From: Obrimoposthia wandeli
Taxonomy: Eukaryota
Assembly: GCA_977020255.1 (NCBI GenBank)
Contig: CDROCS010000506.1
Span: 3,038,001-3,102,000 of the forward strand
DNA: 64,000 nucleotides
Direction: 5' to 3'
This document shows, in pieces, positions 23,831 to 34,198 of the stretch. A model generated the notes under the pieces. The model made no database searches. It saw only the letters and a list, made by a program, of their open reading frames with translations, and was not told the origin of the DNA. Numbering within the stretch: the first letter of the stretch is position 1; every line of letters begins with the position of its first letter. The position numbers were made by a program, and so were the translations under genes.

Positions 23831-25000
23831 ATGTATATAATTAAATGTATAAGCTGGCTAGTCATTAGCTGTATTGTTGGCGCTAAACTGTCAATCGCAG
23901 CATCAATCGCAGCATCAGCCCCGGTTCCAGAATCAGTCCCTGAATCAGCACCCAAGGTTGAGCTAGGACGCTATCTCTTTAACGATGTCAGATTATCTAA
24001 ATTTGGTAATCGTAGCTGTGCACTTTGCCATTCCCTTTATCATGGTTGGAGTAACACCTTTAGCAAGACGCCAGATATTCATGGCAATATATCTACGCTA
24101 AATACCCCATCCTTACTTAATGCCGCCGACTTCACGACTTATATGCAAGCCAGTCGAGATTTAACAGATTTGGCCGAAACGATTAAACGGCCGTTATTAT
24201 CAACATCCCCAGAAGAAATGGGCATGCTAGAACCGTTGCTGATATCACGGTTGCAGCGTTCATCTTCGCTCTATACACCCTTATTTATGCGTGCTTTTGG
24301 CAGCTCGACAGTAACCCTAGACAAAGTATTGTTAGCCTTGGCTGAATACGTAAAGACAATTCGCTCTACTGACACGCCTTATCATCGTTATCTTGAGCAA
24401 GCAGATATAAACCCATTAACACCAGCACAGCAGAAAGGCTTGGTGCTGTTTAACAGTGAACGGTTGAATTGTACTGCTTGCCACAGTGGCGTGCTGCTGA
24501 ATCGTCGCACAGATGCACGCGAGGCTGATTTTGCTAATACCGGTCTCTATGGCATTGAATCCGAGGGGGGATATATCTATCCGCCAGCCGCATCAGGTTT
24601 GCAGAGTACAAGCGGGCGAATTGAAGATAATGGTAAATTTAGGATCCCGTCTTTAATCAATGTCACTGCTACAGGACCTTGGGGTCATGATGGTAGCTTT
24701 AGCACACTAGGCGCTGTTATTGACAGTTATGCTCGCGGTGGACGATTAACGGTATCAGGACCTAATCAAGGGGACGGTAACAAGCACCCACAAAAAGATC
24801 GATTAATCACAGGTTTCAGTTTAACTCAATTAGAAAAATCGCAATTATTAGGCTTTTTAGCAGCGCTCGCGATCCCAGTTCCAGCACAATTAAATCAGCA
24901 TGCCTCGCCATTCTGCGCCTTGGTGCAATTACCTGGCAGGGTCGATGTGGCTGATTGCATTTTGCCGTTTATCTATCGCGGCAGTGAAAATACCGACTAG
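23831..25000 (+). CDS. Di-heme cytochrome c peroxidase/MauG superfamily enzyme, MbnH-like
   Basis: Signal peptide, two CXXCH motifs (CALCH, CTACH), ELGRYLFND, GKFRIPSL...PWGHDGS, VIDSYARGGR. Confidence 0.8.
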   Translation: MYIIKCISWLVISCIVGAKLSIAASIAASAPVPESVPESAPKVELGRYLFNDVRLSKFGNRSCALCHSLYHGWSNTFSKTPDIHGNISTLNTPSLLNAADFTTYMQASRDLTDLAETIKRPLLSTSPEEMGMLEPLLISRLQRSSSLYTPLFMRAFGSSTVTLDKVLLALAEYVKTIRSTDTPYHRYLEQADINPLTPAQQKGLVLFNSERLNCTACHSGVLLNRRTDAREADFANTGLYGIESEGGYIYPPAASGLQSTSGRIEDNGKFRIPSLINVTATGPWGHDGSFSTLGAVIDSYARGGRLTVSGPNQGDGNKHPQKDRLITGFSLTQLEKSQLLGFLAALAIPVPAQLNQHASPFCALVQLPGRVDVADCILPFIYRGSENTD

Positions 25001-25098
25001 TACTATTTATGCTTCGAGCTATTTACGGTAAACAGTATTACCAATAAAAAATATTACCAATACGACAAAAACTATTATAAACACACAGGAAACATGGA

Positions 25099-25608
25099 AT
25101 GATGAAGTTAAAAAAAGTGGTATTAACGTCAGTCTTACTGCTAGTGAATACAGCTGTTTTTGCCGCTGTCGATGACGCGAAAAAAGCAGTCGATAACCAA
25201 CAGCGAAATGCATATTTTCAACAAGATTATGCAAATGCATGTACGCAATTACTGCAATCTGATTTGCAACTTCCTGCGACAAAGGAAATCGCCGCGCAGC
25301 ATGAAATCAATGTAAATATTGATAGTGGTTATCGCCTAAAAATGAATGAAAACGGGCAGGGCTACTTACAGCTCGCGATCACCGAATGGAATGAGAAATT
25401 GGTTTTATTCTCAAGTAAAAACATGAAGGTAGCGATCGAAGGTGCTGATATTACTGCTGCAGGTATTACTAATTTGGCTTGTGAAGATAAAAGTAAACAA
25501 ATTACCCATGTTAATACCCATGAGTGGGGCAGCTATATCATGACGTTAACGGCAGCGCCAAATAGCTGGGTTGAATTGGCTATCGTGAAAGAAGTCACTA
25601 AAGGTTAA
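25099..25608 (+). CDS. Secreted protein of unknown function, probable partner of the di-heme enzyme
   Basis: Signal peptide ending AVFA, two Cys, HVNTHEW; co-oriented and 98 bp downstream. Confidence 0.7.
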   Translation: MMKLKKVVLTSVLLLVNTAVFAAVDDAKKAVDNQQRNAYFQQDYANACTQLLQSDLQLPATKEIAAQHEINVNIDSGYRLKMNENGQGYLQLAITEWNEKLVLFSSKNMKVAIEGADITAAGITNLACEDKSKQITHVNTHEWGSYIMTLTAAPNSWVELAIVKEVTKG

Positions 25609-25827
25609 TCGGTATTGTTCGTCGTTATCCGTTTTGATTAATTTTTTATCATTAAATAATTATTTTTTAGCTATATATTCTAGTTACTTGGCTTTGTTTG
25701 TTATTACTGGCTATTAAATTGAGTATTTGACTATGAATGCAATCGTTTTGAATGTATATTCAATATTAATGAATAAATAATTGATTTGAATGTTGCGTTA
25801 ATTGCGTGACCAAGGAAGGATAACGAA

Positions 25828-27348
25828 ATGGAACAAACAGATATTAGCTCACTATTACCTATCATCATTACGTTGGTGCTGTCGCTGACGACGCGGAATG
25901 TAGTGATTGGCTTATTCGCTGGTGTGTTAACTGGCGTATTTATGCTGAATGGATTACAGCCTTTAGATGCGTTCGGCATTATGGTTAAAGATCACTTGGT
26001 GCCACAATTAACCGATGGTTATAACGCGGGCGTATTAGTGTTACTGGTCTTCATTGGTGGTTTTGTTGCCTTGATGGAACAGTCGGGTGGTGGTCAAGCG
26101 TTTGCCGAAAAAGTAACGCATTGGATCAGTACTAAATGCAAAGCGCAGTTATCTGCTTGGTTTGGTGGTATTTTTATCTTCTTCTCGGATCTGGGTACGC
26201 CATTAATTGTCGGTCCAGTGTTCCGCCCACTGTTTGAAAAATTAAAATTATCTCGTCAAAAACTGGCCTTCATTATTGATTCAACGTCTTCACCTGTGGC
26301 TATCCTTATTCCGTTTATCGGTTGGGGTGTGTATATCATGGGGCTGATTCAAAAAGAGTTTACTGCACTATCACTAGAAACCTCTGATTGGCAGGCGTTT
26401 GTGAATGCTATCCCATTCCAGTTCTATGCGTTTCTGGCTATTTTCATCGTGCCGTTAGTGGCGATTAAAAAACTGGACTTTGGACCGATGGCTGAAGCCG
26501 AGGCACAAGCGCAGAAAGGGATATTCACAGGTAAAAGCCATGAGACACTGACTGCGTTTACGCATAAAAATGCTAAACCGTCATTTGTATGGGCACCGTT
26601 ATTAGTAATGGCTGTGGTATTAGTTAGTATGTTGGGGCCACTGGGTTTTCCGTTTGAAAAAGTATCGGGTTCGGCATTTAGAGCGGCGTTATCTACGTCA
26701 TACTTATTTGCGGCCATGACGTTATTGATTTTAATGGCGGTATACGGCGTGCGTAATTTAACCGACGGTATTGCGGTGTACTTAAAAGGCATGGGCAATA
26801 TGATGCAAGTGGCGATCATCTTAGTCTTGGCTTGGACCTTAAGTGGTATCGGTAAAGACTTGGGTACAGCGGCTTATATTGCAGAACAAGCACAGGGTGG
26901 TTTTCCTAACTGGTTAGTACCTGCGGTGGCGTTCTTGCTTGCGGCGATTATTTCGTTTGCGACGGGTTCTTCATGGGGTACGTTCGCTATCATGATGCCG
27001 CTAGTGATACCAACGGCAGTTGCTATTGATGCACCGCTATATGCCAGTATTGGCGCGGTATTATCTGGCGGTTTGTTTGGCGATCATTGTTCACCTATTT
27101 CGGAAACAACGATTCTGTCTTCAACAGGCGCAGGCTGTGACCAGTACGAGCATTTCCGTACCCAATTACCGTATGCGTTATTAAATGGCGGTATCGCGCT
27201 AATCAGCTTTGTTGTTGCAGGTATCTTTGAAACAGCCTTGGTATTACTGGGCGCGTTAGTGTTACAAGTCTGCGCTGTGTATATGTTGTCGCAATGGCAT
27301 CAACATAAGTTAGTAGCTAAAGAGCAAGGCGAATTAAGCCAAGCTTAA
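25828..27348 (+). CDS. NhaC/MleN family Na+/H+ antiporter-like transporter
   Basis: Many TM helices; IIDSTSSP, SFATGSSWGT, FGDHCSPISETTILSS. Confidence 0.85.
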   Translation: MEQTDISSLLPIIITLVLSLTTRNVVIGLFAGVLTGVFMLNGLQPLDAFGIMVKDHLVPQLTDGYNAGVLVLLVFIGGFVALMEQSGGGQAFAEKVTHWISTKCKAQLSAWFGGIFIFFSDLGTPLIVGPVFRPLFEKLKLSRQKLAFIIDSTSSPVAILIPFIGWGVYIMGLIQKEFTALSLETSDWQAFVNAIPFQFYAFLAIFIVPLVAIKKLDFGPMAEAEAQAQKGIFTGKSHETLTAFTHKNAKPSFVWAPLLVMAVVLVSMLGPLGFPFEKVSGSAFRAALSTSYLFAAMTLLILMAVYGVRNLTDGIAVYLKGMGNMMQVAIILVLAWTLSGIGKDLGTAAYIAEQAQGGFPNWLVPAVAFLLAAIISFATGSSWGTFAIMMPLVIPTAVAIDAPLYASIGAVLSGGLFGDHCSPISETTILSSTGAGCDQYEHFRTQLPYALLNGGIALISFVVAGIFETALVLLGALVLQVCAVYMLSQWHQHKLVAKEQGELSQA

Positions 27349-27351
27349 TAA

Positions 27352-27586
27352 ACCCCATCCTAGCCTTCCCCTTAAAAAAGGGAAGGGACAGAGCAAACTA
27401 TCTCCCCCGTTTACCTGCTATAGCGTGTAAAAGTGATTTTACCTGTTGTAGCAGGTAAACAGTAAGTAAGCGGTAAAAAGTTACTGTTAAATAAGACAAA
27501 AAAAAGCCTGTCACTTCATTTAAAATGAAACTGACAGGCTCTTTTGATCCCCTCCCTTTGTATTAAGGGGAGGGTTAGGCTGGGGT
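27352..27586. repeat. REP/MITE-like element: two inverted 37-40 bp palindromic units enclosing nested hairpins
   Basis: 27352 ACCCCATCCTAGCCTTCCCCTT versus the reverse complement of 27547-27586 (...AAGGGGAGGGTTAGGCTGGGGT). Inner IR 27409-27422/27447-27460; hairpin 27505-27540. Confidence 0.75.
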
Positions 27587-27591
27587 CTAAC

Positions 27592-28821
27592 CTAGCGTAA
27601 TAGACGCGCGCGGATAGTACCGTCAATCAATTTAAGTTTTGCTAAACCACGTTCAGCATGATCACTTTCAACATCAATAACCACATAACCAATATCACCT
27701 ACAGTTTGTAGATATTGACCTGAGATATTCACACCTTCGTCAGCAAATGATTGCGTGATCTGGCTTAAGATACCCGGTTGGTTATGGTGAATATGCATCA
27801 AACGGCTTGAACCCACATGTGTCGGTAGCGAAACTTCAGGGAAGTTAACTGCAGACAAGGTTGAACCATTATCAGAATATTTCGTTAGTTTACCTGCTAC
27901 TTCATAGCCGATGTTTGCTTGTGCTTCTTGCGTGCTACCACCAACGTGCGGTGTTAGGATCACGTTATCAAATTCACGTAACGGTGAAATGAACTCATCG
28001 TTATTTGATGCTGGTTCGGTAGGGAATACATCAATGGCAGCGCCAGCGATTTTCTTCGTTGCCAATGCAGACGCAAGCGCATCAATATCAACAACCGTAC
28101 CGCGTGAAGCATTAATGAAGATTGCACCTTGTTTCATTTGTGCAAATTCAACTTCGCCCATCATCAGTTTTGTTTGTGGCGTTTCAGGTACATGTAACGA
28201 GATAATATCTGACGTTGCTAACAATTCTTGCATGCTCATGATCTGCTGAGCGTTACCCAAAGAAAGTTTAGTTTCAACATCATAATACTTAACGCGTAGC
28301 CCTAAGTTTTCTGCCAAAATACTAAGCTGGATACCGATATGGCCATAACCAATAATACCCAACTGCTTACCACGTGCTTCATAAGAACCCGTTGCTGACT
28401 TAAGCCATTCGCCACGGTGCGCTTTCGCATTCTTTTCAGGAATACCACGTAATAATAATAAAATTTCGCCAAGTACTAATTCTGCCACACTACGGGTGTT
28501 CGAGAATGGGGCGTTAAATACAGGGATCGCTGCTTTCTGAGCGGCAGCCAGATCAACCTGATTAGTACCAATACAAAAACAGCCAATACCAACCAGTTTT
28601 TCAGCTGCTGCAATGACGTTTGCATTTAGGTGAGTACGTGAACGAATACCAACAAAATGGACATCTTTAATTTTTTCACACAGTTCTTCTTCACTTAATG
28701 CGGTTTTAATCGACTCGATATTGCTATAGCCGGCATCAGTAAATGTATCAACTGCACTTTGGTGTAGTCCTTCAAGCAGTAATATCTTGATTTTATCTTT
28801 CTGAAGAGAGAAGTTGGTCAT
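27592..28821 (-). CDS. serA: D-3-phosphoglycerate dehydrogenase
   Basis: GCFCIGTNQV, FNAPFSNTRSVAE, GYGHIG, TPHVGGST, C-terminal ACT domain. Confidence 0.98.
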   Translation of the reverse strand: MTNFSLQKDKIKILLLEGLHQSAVDTFTDAGYSNIESIKTALSEEELCEKIKDVHFVGIRSRTHLNANVIAAAEKLVGIGCFCIGTNQVDLAAAQKAAIPVFNAPFSNTRSVAELVLGEILLLLRGIPEKNAKAHRGEWLKSATGSYEARGKQLGIIGYGHIGIQLSILAENLGLRVKYYDVETKLSLGNAQQIMSMQELLATSDIISLHVPETPQTKLMMGEVEFAQMKQGAIFINASRGTVVDIDALASALATKKIAGAAIDVFPTEPASNNDEFISPLREFDNVILTPHVGGSTQEAQANIGYEVAGKLTKYSDNGSTLSAVNFPEVSLPTHVGSSRLMHIHHNQPGILSQITQSFADEGVNISGQYLQTVGDIGYVVIDVESDHAERGLAKLKLIDGTIRARLLR

Positions 28822-28930
28822 GTAAATTCCTTTATCACATAATTCGTAAATCGCACTAGCTATTTTGTAAATGACTTTATAAATCGAGCTAATTGCTAAA
28901 GTAGCAGGTTTCTTTTCATTAGTGAATGTT

Positions 28931-28946
28931 TGTGACGAAAATCAAA
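28931..28946. promoter_or_regulatory. Possible CRP site upstream of serA
   Basis: TGTGA-CGAAAA-TCAAA, 9/10 match to TGTGA-N6-TCACA. Confidence 0.4.
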
Positions 28947-29187
28947 CAAAATAGTTAATTTGTGATTGACGGGGGCTTGATTTACTTAGTTTTTTAGACA
29001 TTTAGGACTATAAAAATGTTTATCTATCAAATATAGTTTAATATAACTGGTTGTTATACATATATAATATAGCGTGTTGATAAAAGACATAGAGCATTTT
29101 AAGCGGTATGGCTAGGTATTAGGAAGGCATGCGTAAAAAGGGATAAAGGGTGAGTCGGTGCTATTAGATAACACCAACCCCGCATTA

Positions 29188-29844
29188 TTATTTAGTGGTA
29201 ATAACGCCATTTTGTGTGCCAGTCAGCACAACATCTGCGCCGCGAGCCGCAAACAAACCATTTGTTACTACGCCTACGATACCGTTAATCGCGATTTCTA
29301 GGGCTTTAGGATCTTTAATTTGCATGTGGTAAACATCGATAATGATATTACCGTTATCTGTTACTACGCCTTCACGGTAAACCGGATCACCGCCAAGTTT
29401 CAATAATTCACGACCCACGTAAGAACGCGCCATCGGGATCACTTCAACCGGTAATGGGAAGTTACCTAATACGTCGACATTTTTAGTGTCATCAATAATA
29501 CACACGAATTTTTTAGCTACTGCTGAAACAATCTTTTCACGTGTTAGCGCTGCGCCACCACCTTTAATCATGTTTTTGCCGCCATCAATTTCATCAGCGC
29601 CATCGACATAGATATCAAGTAGTGCAACGCTGTTTAAATCAAATACTTCAATACCCAGAGCTTCTAAACGCTGAGTTGATGCGATTGAGCTTGAAACTGC
29701 ACCTTGAATATCTTCACGGATTGTACCCAGTGCATCAATAAAATGATTAACGGTTGAACCGGTACCCACACCAACGATGCTATCTTTTTCAACATATTCT
29801 AATGCTGCCCAGCCTGCTGCTTTTTTTAATTCATCTTGAGTCAT
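29188..29844 (-). CDS. rpiA: Ribose-5-phosphate isomerase A
   Basis: [25 protein letters not shown]. Confidence 0.98.
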   Translation of the reverse strand: MTQDELKKAAGWAALEYVEKDSIVGVGTGSTVNHFIDALGTIREDIQGAVSSSIASTQRLEALGIEVFDLNSVALLDIYVDGADEIDGGKNMIKGGGAALTREKIVSAVAKKFVCIIDDTKNVDVLGNFPLPVEVIPMARSYVGRELLKLGGDPVYREGVVTDNGNIIIDVYHMQIKDPKALEIAINGIVGVVTNGLFAARGADVVLTGTQNGVITTK

Positions 29845-29949
29845 GTTATATCCATTTAAATTGGTGGAGTGTCGCGTGATCGTGTTGTATTACGTATTGA
29901 TTATACCCAAACGGCTTGAAGATACTAGCGCATCGTCAGGGATATATGA

Positions 29950-30567
29950 TTAAGTAAATCGCAATGTTCTTGACGGGGTGATGATTTCTTTAATCGGCAT
30001 ATCCCACGGCGCAATCGGTAAATTAGCATGTTGCTGGCAGTCGTGCGCTAAACCTAATACGTAGGGCGGCTGTTGACCGTCACGCACAAATTGATGCTGA
30101 GAAAAGGTGCGATCGTAATATCCACCGCCCATGCCCAAACGATTACCGGCTAAATCAAATGCCACTAACGGGCTGCAGACTAAATCTAATTGCAGATACG
30201 GGATCACGTCAGTGACGTTAAGTCGGGGTTCACTAATGCCGTATTTATTTTTAACTAAGGGAGTCGTCGCAGTCAGTCGAGTAAACAGCAATTGTTTGTG
30301 ACTAAAGGGATGTAAAATAGGAATGTAGACTTGTTTGCCTTGCTGCCAACACCAGTCGATGACCGCTTGGGTATCGAGTTCGCCATCATTATGTAAATAA
30401 ATCGCAATGTGTTGGGCGGCTTGAATATGTTGATGCTGACTAAATTGCTGTACCAGATCACGACCAGCCTGTTGTTGCTGCTTAATTGTAAGCTGCTGAC
30501 GGCGTTGGCGTATTTGTTGCCTTATGGCGGTGCGATTTACGGCTAGCGATGGTGTTAGGTCAGACAT
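29950..30567 (-). CDS. ygfA: 5-formyltetrahydrofolate cyclo-ligase
   Basis: PLVAFD...RLGMGGGYYDR; downstream of 6S RNA, as is conserved. Confidence 0.93.
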   Translation of the reverse strand: MSDLTPSLAVNRTAIRQQIRQRRQQLTIKQQQQAGRDLVQQFSQHQHIQAAQHIAIYLHNDGELDTQAVIDWCWQQGKQVYIPILHPFSHKQLLFTRLTATTPLVKNKYGISEPRLNVTDVIPYLQLDLVCSPLVAFDLAGNRLGMGGGYYDRTFSQHQFVRDGQQPPYVLGLAHDCQQHANLPIAPWDMPIKEIITPSRTLRFT

Positions 30568-30576
30568 AAAAGAAGT

Positions 30577-30757
30577 GGGCCCCAGGGTGCGGCTACAAGG
30601 TTTAGTCCTGAACCAGAAGGTTCAGGTTGGCTATTCAAGCTGTCGCGTCAGGCTTCTCAGTACGAGCTGAGCTTGCACAATAGCAACAGGAATGAAAGCC
30701 TATAAAGTGTGATTATCGGCTCAGGGACATAACCCGCATACCAATCACCCCAGGGTT
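30577..30757 (-). ncRNA. ssrS: 6S RNA
   Basis: Between zapA and ygfA. Minus strand has CCCTGGGG ends, TCCCTGAGCCGATA, GAGAAGCCT and CCTGAACC...GGTTCAGG, like E. coli 6S. Ends are approximate. Confidence 0.9.
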
Positions 30758-30763
30758 TTTTGG

Positions 30764-31084
30764 TTATACTGTAGACGGCTCTTTATCAACTTTATTATTG
30801 ACTAGCGCGCGTTCAATCGTATCTTGTAACAATTGAATACGGTCATCTACGGTATTTGTATATTCTGTCGTTTTGTGTCGTTCTTTGCGAAGTTCATGAC
30901 AAAAATTTAATGCAGCCATAACAGCTAAATGCTCTAAATTCTTGATGTTAGTCTTCGCTTGTATCTCTTCTAACTTTTTATTGAGTACAGCAGCTGTTTG
31001 ATGAAGTTCTTCAACTTCTTCCGTTGGACTACCTACTTTAAAGTGGCGACCCAATATGGCTATATCAACCGCAGTTGTGCTCAT
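30764..31084 (-). CDS. zapA: Cell division protein ZapA
   Basis: IAILGRHFKV, AVMAALNFCHEL; adjacent to ssrS. Confidence 0.9.
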   Translation of the reverse strand: MSTTAVDIAILGRHFKVGSPTEEVEELHQTAAVLNKKLEEIQAKTNIKNLEHLAVMAALNFCHELRKERHKTTEYTNTVDDRIQLLQDTIERALVNNKVDKEPSTV

Positions 31085-31357
31085 GGCTATACTCTAAGTT
31101 ATCTGGCTACAAGGGCTATATCAAGCACCTCGGCTGATACGTCTGACCTGACTATATCTCGCAATAGTGAGCATTGCAAGGGGTTATCTAATTGAAATTT
31201 TTAGTTGCGGATCGAGATTAATCAAGTTGCCCATAAATCCAACAGCTTAGTATTAGTTTTGTGTATAGGCAGAGATTAATCGCTATAAAATACGGGGATT
31301 TACAGGGTAAAAGTCAACGCCGGAGTTAACTATTTTACTCTAATTTACTGGAAGATT

Positions 31358-31387
31358 TGACCGCCATCACAGGCAGGATGGCGGTCA
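31358..31387 (-). terminator. Hairpin downstream of the DMT gene
   Basis: TGACCGCCATC/GATGGCGGTCA 11-bp stem; no clear U-tract. Confidence 0.45.
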
Positions 31388-31455
31388 TCGTCGTTACTTA
31401 CACATGATGTACGTCATCTACATCTATTCTGGTAATGGCAGTCGTAGACGTTGAT

Positions 31456-32415
31456 TTATACAGCCGTTGGACTTGTCGCTAAAATAGGCTTAGGCAAAGA
31501 AATGTCAATACCAATATCTTGGTCCGTCTCTGCTGCAATACGTGTTTTGTTGGCTTTTTTTGCCGCACGTTTATTTTTAGACTCTACTTTTGCTAGCCAC
31601 AATAACGGCAGAATAATAAAGGCAGTACCAATCGCCATACCAATATCTGGGATTTCATCAAACCAGATAAGCCCAACTACCACTGCGCCGATTAACCCAC
31701 TGTACTCCGCACTGGCAATTTTGCTGGCTTCACCAGAACGATAAGCCAATACACAAAATCCTGCATAGATAAGGATAAACAAGGTCGAACCTGCAGCCGT
31801 TAATAGTGGTGCAAAGTCCCATGGTTTACCTTCGAATACCGCGAGTCCTAATGAAGCTGGCATACCAACTAGATTAGTTAACAGTAATGTTTGAAACACA
31901 GTCTGGTTTTTTGGCAGTTTACGGATCAATAGATTATTCGCTGCTAAGGTAAACGCTACAACAAGCGCCGCCATTGCTGCCCAATCAATTTCGGTTGGAC
32001 GGATCACGATTAACACACCAATAAAGCCTAATACACCCGCAGTAACCGATGGCACTGTAAGCTTTTCTTTGAACCAGATCATCGCCATTGGCAACATGAT
32101 TAAAGGGGCTGCGTAAAAGATCGCATTGGCTGTTGCCAGTGGCATGGAGTTGATAGAATAAACCATGAAGATCGCACCCAGTAGCCAAATGTGACCACGT
32201 ACCGCATGCCATTTCAAGCCATTAACCAGACTCTCTCTGCTGCTTTTTAAACAAAATGGGATCAGGAGCAATACTGCCGTTAATTGTCGGAAAAACACAA
32301 ATTGATAAACAGCCGCATCATCCGATAATGTCTTGATCAAGGCATCAGAGAAAATGGCGATTACGTTACCAATAATTAGCAAGGTCATTGCTAAACCGAC
32401 AGTCATTTGGGGCAT
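31456..32415 (-). CDS. DMT/EamA family transporter
   Basis: About 10 hydrophobic segments in two EamA repeats (FFRQ, MPLATANAIFY, EYSGLI). Confidence 0.88.
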   Translation of the reverse strand: MPQMTVGLAMTLLIIGNVIAIFSDALIKTLSDDAAVYQFVFFRQLTAVLLLIPFCLKSSRESLVNGLKWHAVRGHIWLLGAIFMVYSINSMPLATANAIFYAAPLIMLPMAMIWFKEKLTVPSVTAGVLGFIGVLIVIRPTEIDWAAMAALVVAFTLAANNLLIRKLPKNQTVFQTLLLTNLVGMPASLGLAVFEGKPWDFAPLLTAAGSTLFILIYAGFCVLAYRSGEASKIASAEYSGLIGAVVVGLIWFDEIPDIGMAIGTAFIILPLLWLAKVESKNKRAAKKANKTRIAAETDQDIGIDISLPKPILATSPTAV

Positions 32416-32556
32416 GGGATGTTCCTACCTATATAAAGTATGTACAGCAAACAAGGCTGTATAATTGAAAAGACAAAGTGTGATATGGGTAGCATATTCG
32501 AAAAGCTATGATGAAGTATAATGATAAATATATCTTTAGTATGAGCTGAGCTAATA

Positions 32557-33504
32557 ATGAAACTTCCCCCGTTACGCGCCTTGCAATGTTTTGAAGCGGT
32601 GGCGCGCTTTAACAGTTTTTCTAAAGCGGCAGATCAACTGAATATTACCCAAAGTGCGGTGAGCCATCAGGTACGTCAGTTAGAAGAATATCTGGGTGAA
32701 TCGATGTTTAATCGTAAAGGCCGTACCTTGTCGCTCACTGACATGGGCGAGCGTTATTACGAAGACGTCAGCCAGTCGTTGGCGAATATATCCAATGCCA
32801 GTCAGCAGATCCGCGAGGGCAAGTCGGGCAAGATCCGTTTAGCTTTATATAGCTCGTTAGCGGTGAAATGGTTGATCCCTCGATTAGACAGTTTACGTCA
32901 GCAATATCCTGAGATTGAGCTGTCATTAAACATGGTGGCAGACGAACCCGATTGCAGCGATCAAGTCGCCGATTGTTTTATTACCGTGAATCCACCGAAA
33001 CGTAACTTTGTCAGTCAGTTGTTATATGCCGAGCGTTTATATCCGGTGTGTGGCAAAAAGATCTGGCAGCAGATCCAAGACAAACCACTGCCTGAGGCAT
33101 TGTGGCAATATCCATTATTATCGGTGCAGTCGGTGTTTCCCGATAGTGCGCTGGGTGAAGATTGGCAACGTTGGTGCGAGCTAGGTGGTTTCACGTTACC
33201 AAAGTCAGTGAAGATGAACTATTTTAGTCATATGTTAATGGCGGCTGAAGCGGCGCGTTATGATCAAGGCATCACCTTGGTGAATCATTATTTAATGAAC
33301 GATCAAGACCGCCAAGATAACTTTGTGCGTATTCCAATGCACGAGATCTTAACCGGTGATAGCTTCTACTTCGTCTATAAAAAATCCCGTGCTAAGCAAA
33401 CCGATATCGTCAAGCTGGGCCGTTGGCTCAAACAGCAATGTTATGATCAAGACCAAAATGGTTACGACCAAGAGCGTCAAGATCAAATACACGGCAAGGG
33501 CTAG
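32557..33504 (+). CDS. LysR family regulator (GcvA-like), divergent from the DMT gene
   Basis: PPLRALQCFEAVAR...SFSKAADQLNITQSAVSHQVRQLEEYLG helix-turn-helix. Confidence 0.92.
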   Translation: MKLPPLRALQCFEAVARFNSFSKAADQLNITQSAVSHQVRQLEEYLGESMFNRKGRTLSLTDMGERYYEDVSQSLANISNASQQIREGKSGKIRLALYSSLAVKWLIPRLDSLRQQYPEIELSLNMVADEPDCSDQVADCFITVNPPKRNFVSQLLYAERLYPVCGKKIWQQIQDKPLPEALWQYPLLSVQSVFPDSALGEDWQRWCELGGFTLPKSVKMNYFSHMLMAAEAARYDQGITLVNHYLMNDQDRQDNFVRIPMHEILTGDSFYFVYKKSRAKQTDIVKLGRWLKQQCYDQDQNGYDQERQDQIHGKG

Positions 33505-33625
33505 CCAGCGATTAAGGATTAGGCACTGCAAGGTGGTCCTTGTTTGGCTATGGTCTTGATCTGGGTGAAATGCTAATATGCTAGTAATTATTCTAAATAC
33601 ATTAATCAATTGGTAAGGTCCTCAC

Positions 33626-34198
33626 ATGGATAAAGTTAAACTTCCTCTTTTTGCTGACGTAAATGAGCAGCTACAACAAAGTGATTTATTAGTGAACCCT
33701 GCCGATGTGCACGGTGTGATCTGTGGCTTATTATGTGGTGGCGTAAAGCTAGACAGCAAAGCATGGTTAGAACCGTTTGATCAACTAATCAATGAAGGTC
33801 TAGGTATTCCTGAATCGTTACAACCAATCTTAGCGGATGTATACAGCAGCAGTGAAGCAGCATTAAAAGACATGACATTAGGTTTTGAACTGTTGTTACC
33901 AGACATGGACCAAGCGTTAGAATTACGTATGGAAGCATTAGCAGAATGGGTTCAAGGTTTCCTTGGCGGTTTTGGTATGGTACATGCTGTAACAACGGTT
34001 GCCAGCGATGATGTGAAAGAACTGATTGCTGACTTTGCGAGTATTTCGCAAATGGACATCGAGACTGACGATGACAGTAATGAAGCAGAAGAATCATTCT
34101 ACGAGATCGTTGAATACGTGCGTATGGGTGCGACTTATTGCTTTAATGAATTAGGCGATGGCGGCGGTGAAACGCAAGCAATGCCAATCCTGCACTAA
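33626..34198 (+). CDS. ygfB: UPF0149 family protein YgfB
   Basis: ADVHGVICGLL, FELLLP, EWVQGFLGG, EIVEYVRM. Confidence 0.88.
   Translation: MDKVKLPLFADVNEQLQQSDLLVNPADVHGVICGLLCGGVKLDSKAWLEPFDQLINEGLGIPESLQPILADVYSSSEAALKDMTLGFELLLPDMDQALELRMEALAEWVQGFLGGFGMVHAVTTVASDDVKELIADFASISQMDIETDDDSNEAEESFYEIVEYVRMGATYCFNELGDGGGETQAMPILH

Noticed and set aside
23647-23955. 102-aa minus-strand ORF
   Set aside because: Antisense reading of the repeat linker of the di-heme gene plus a terminator; no RBS or motif.
23831-25608. Methanobactin biosynthetic cluster
   Set aside because: No MbnA precursor, MbnB/C or TonB receptor nearby; only an MbnH-like enzyme.
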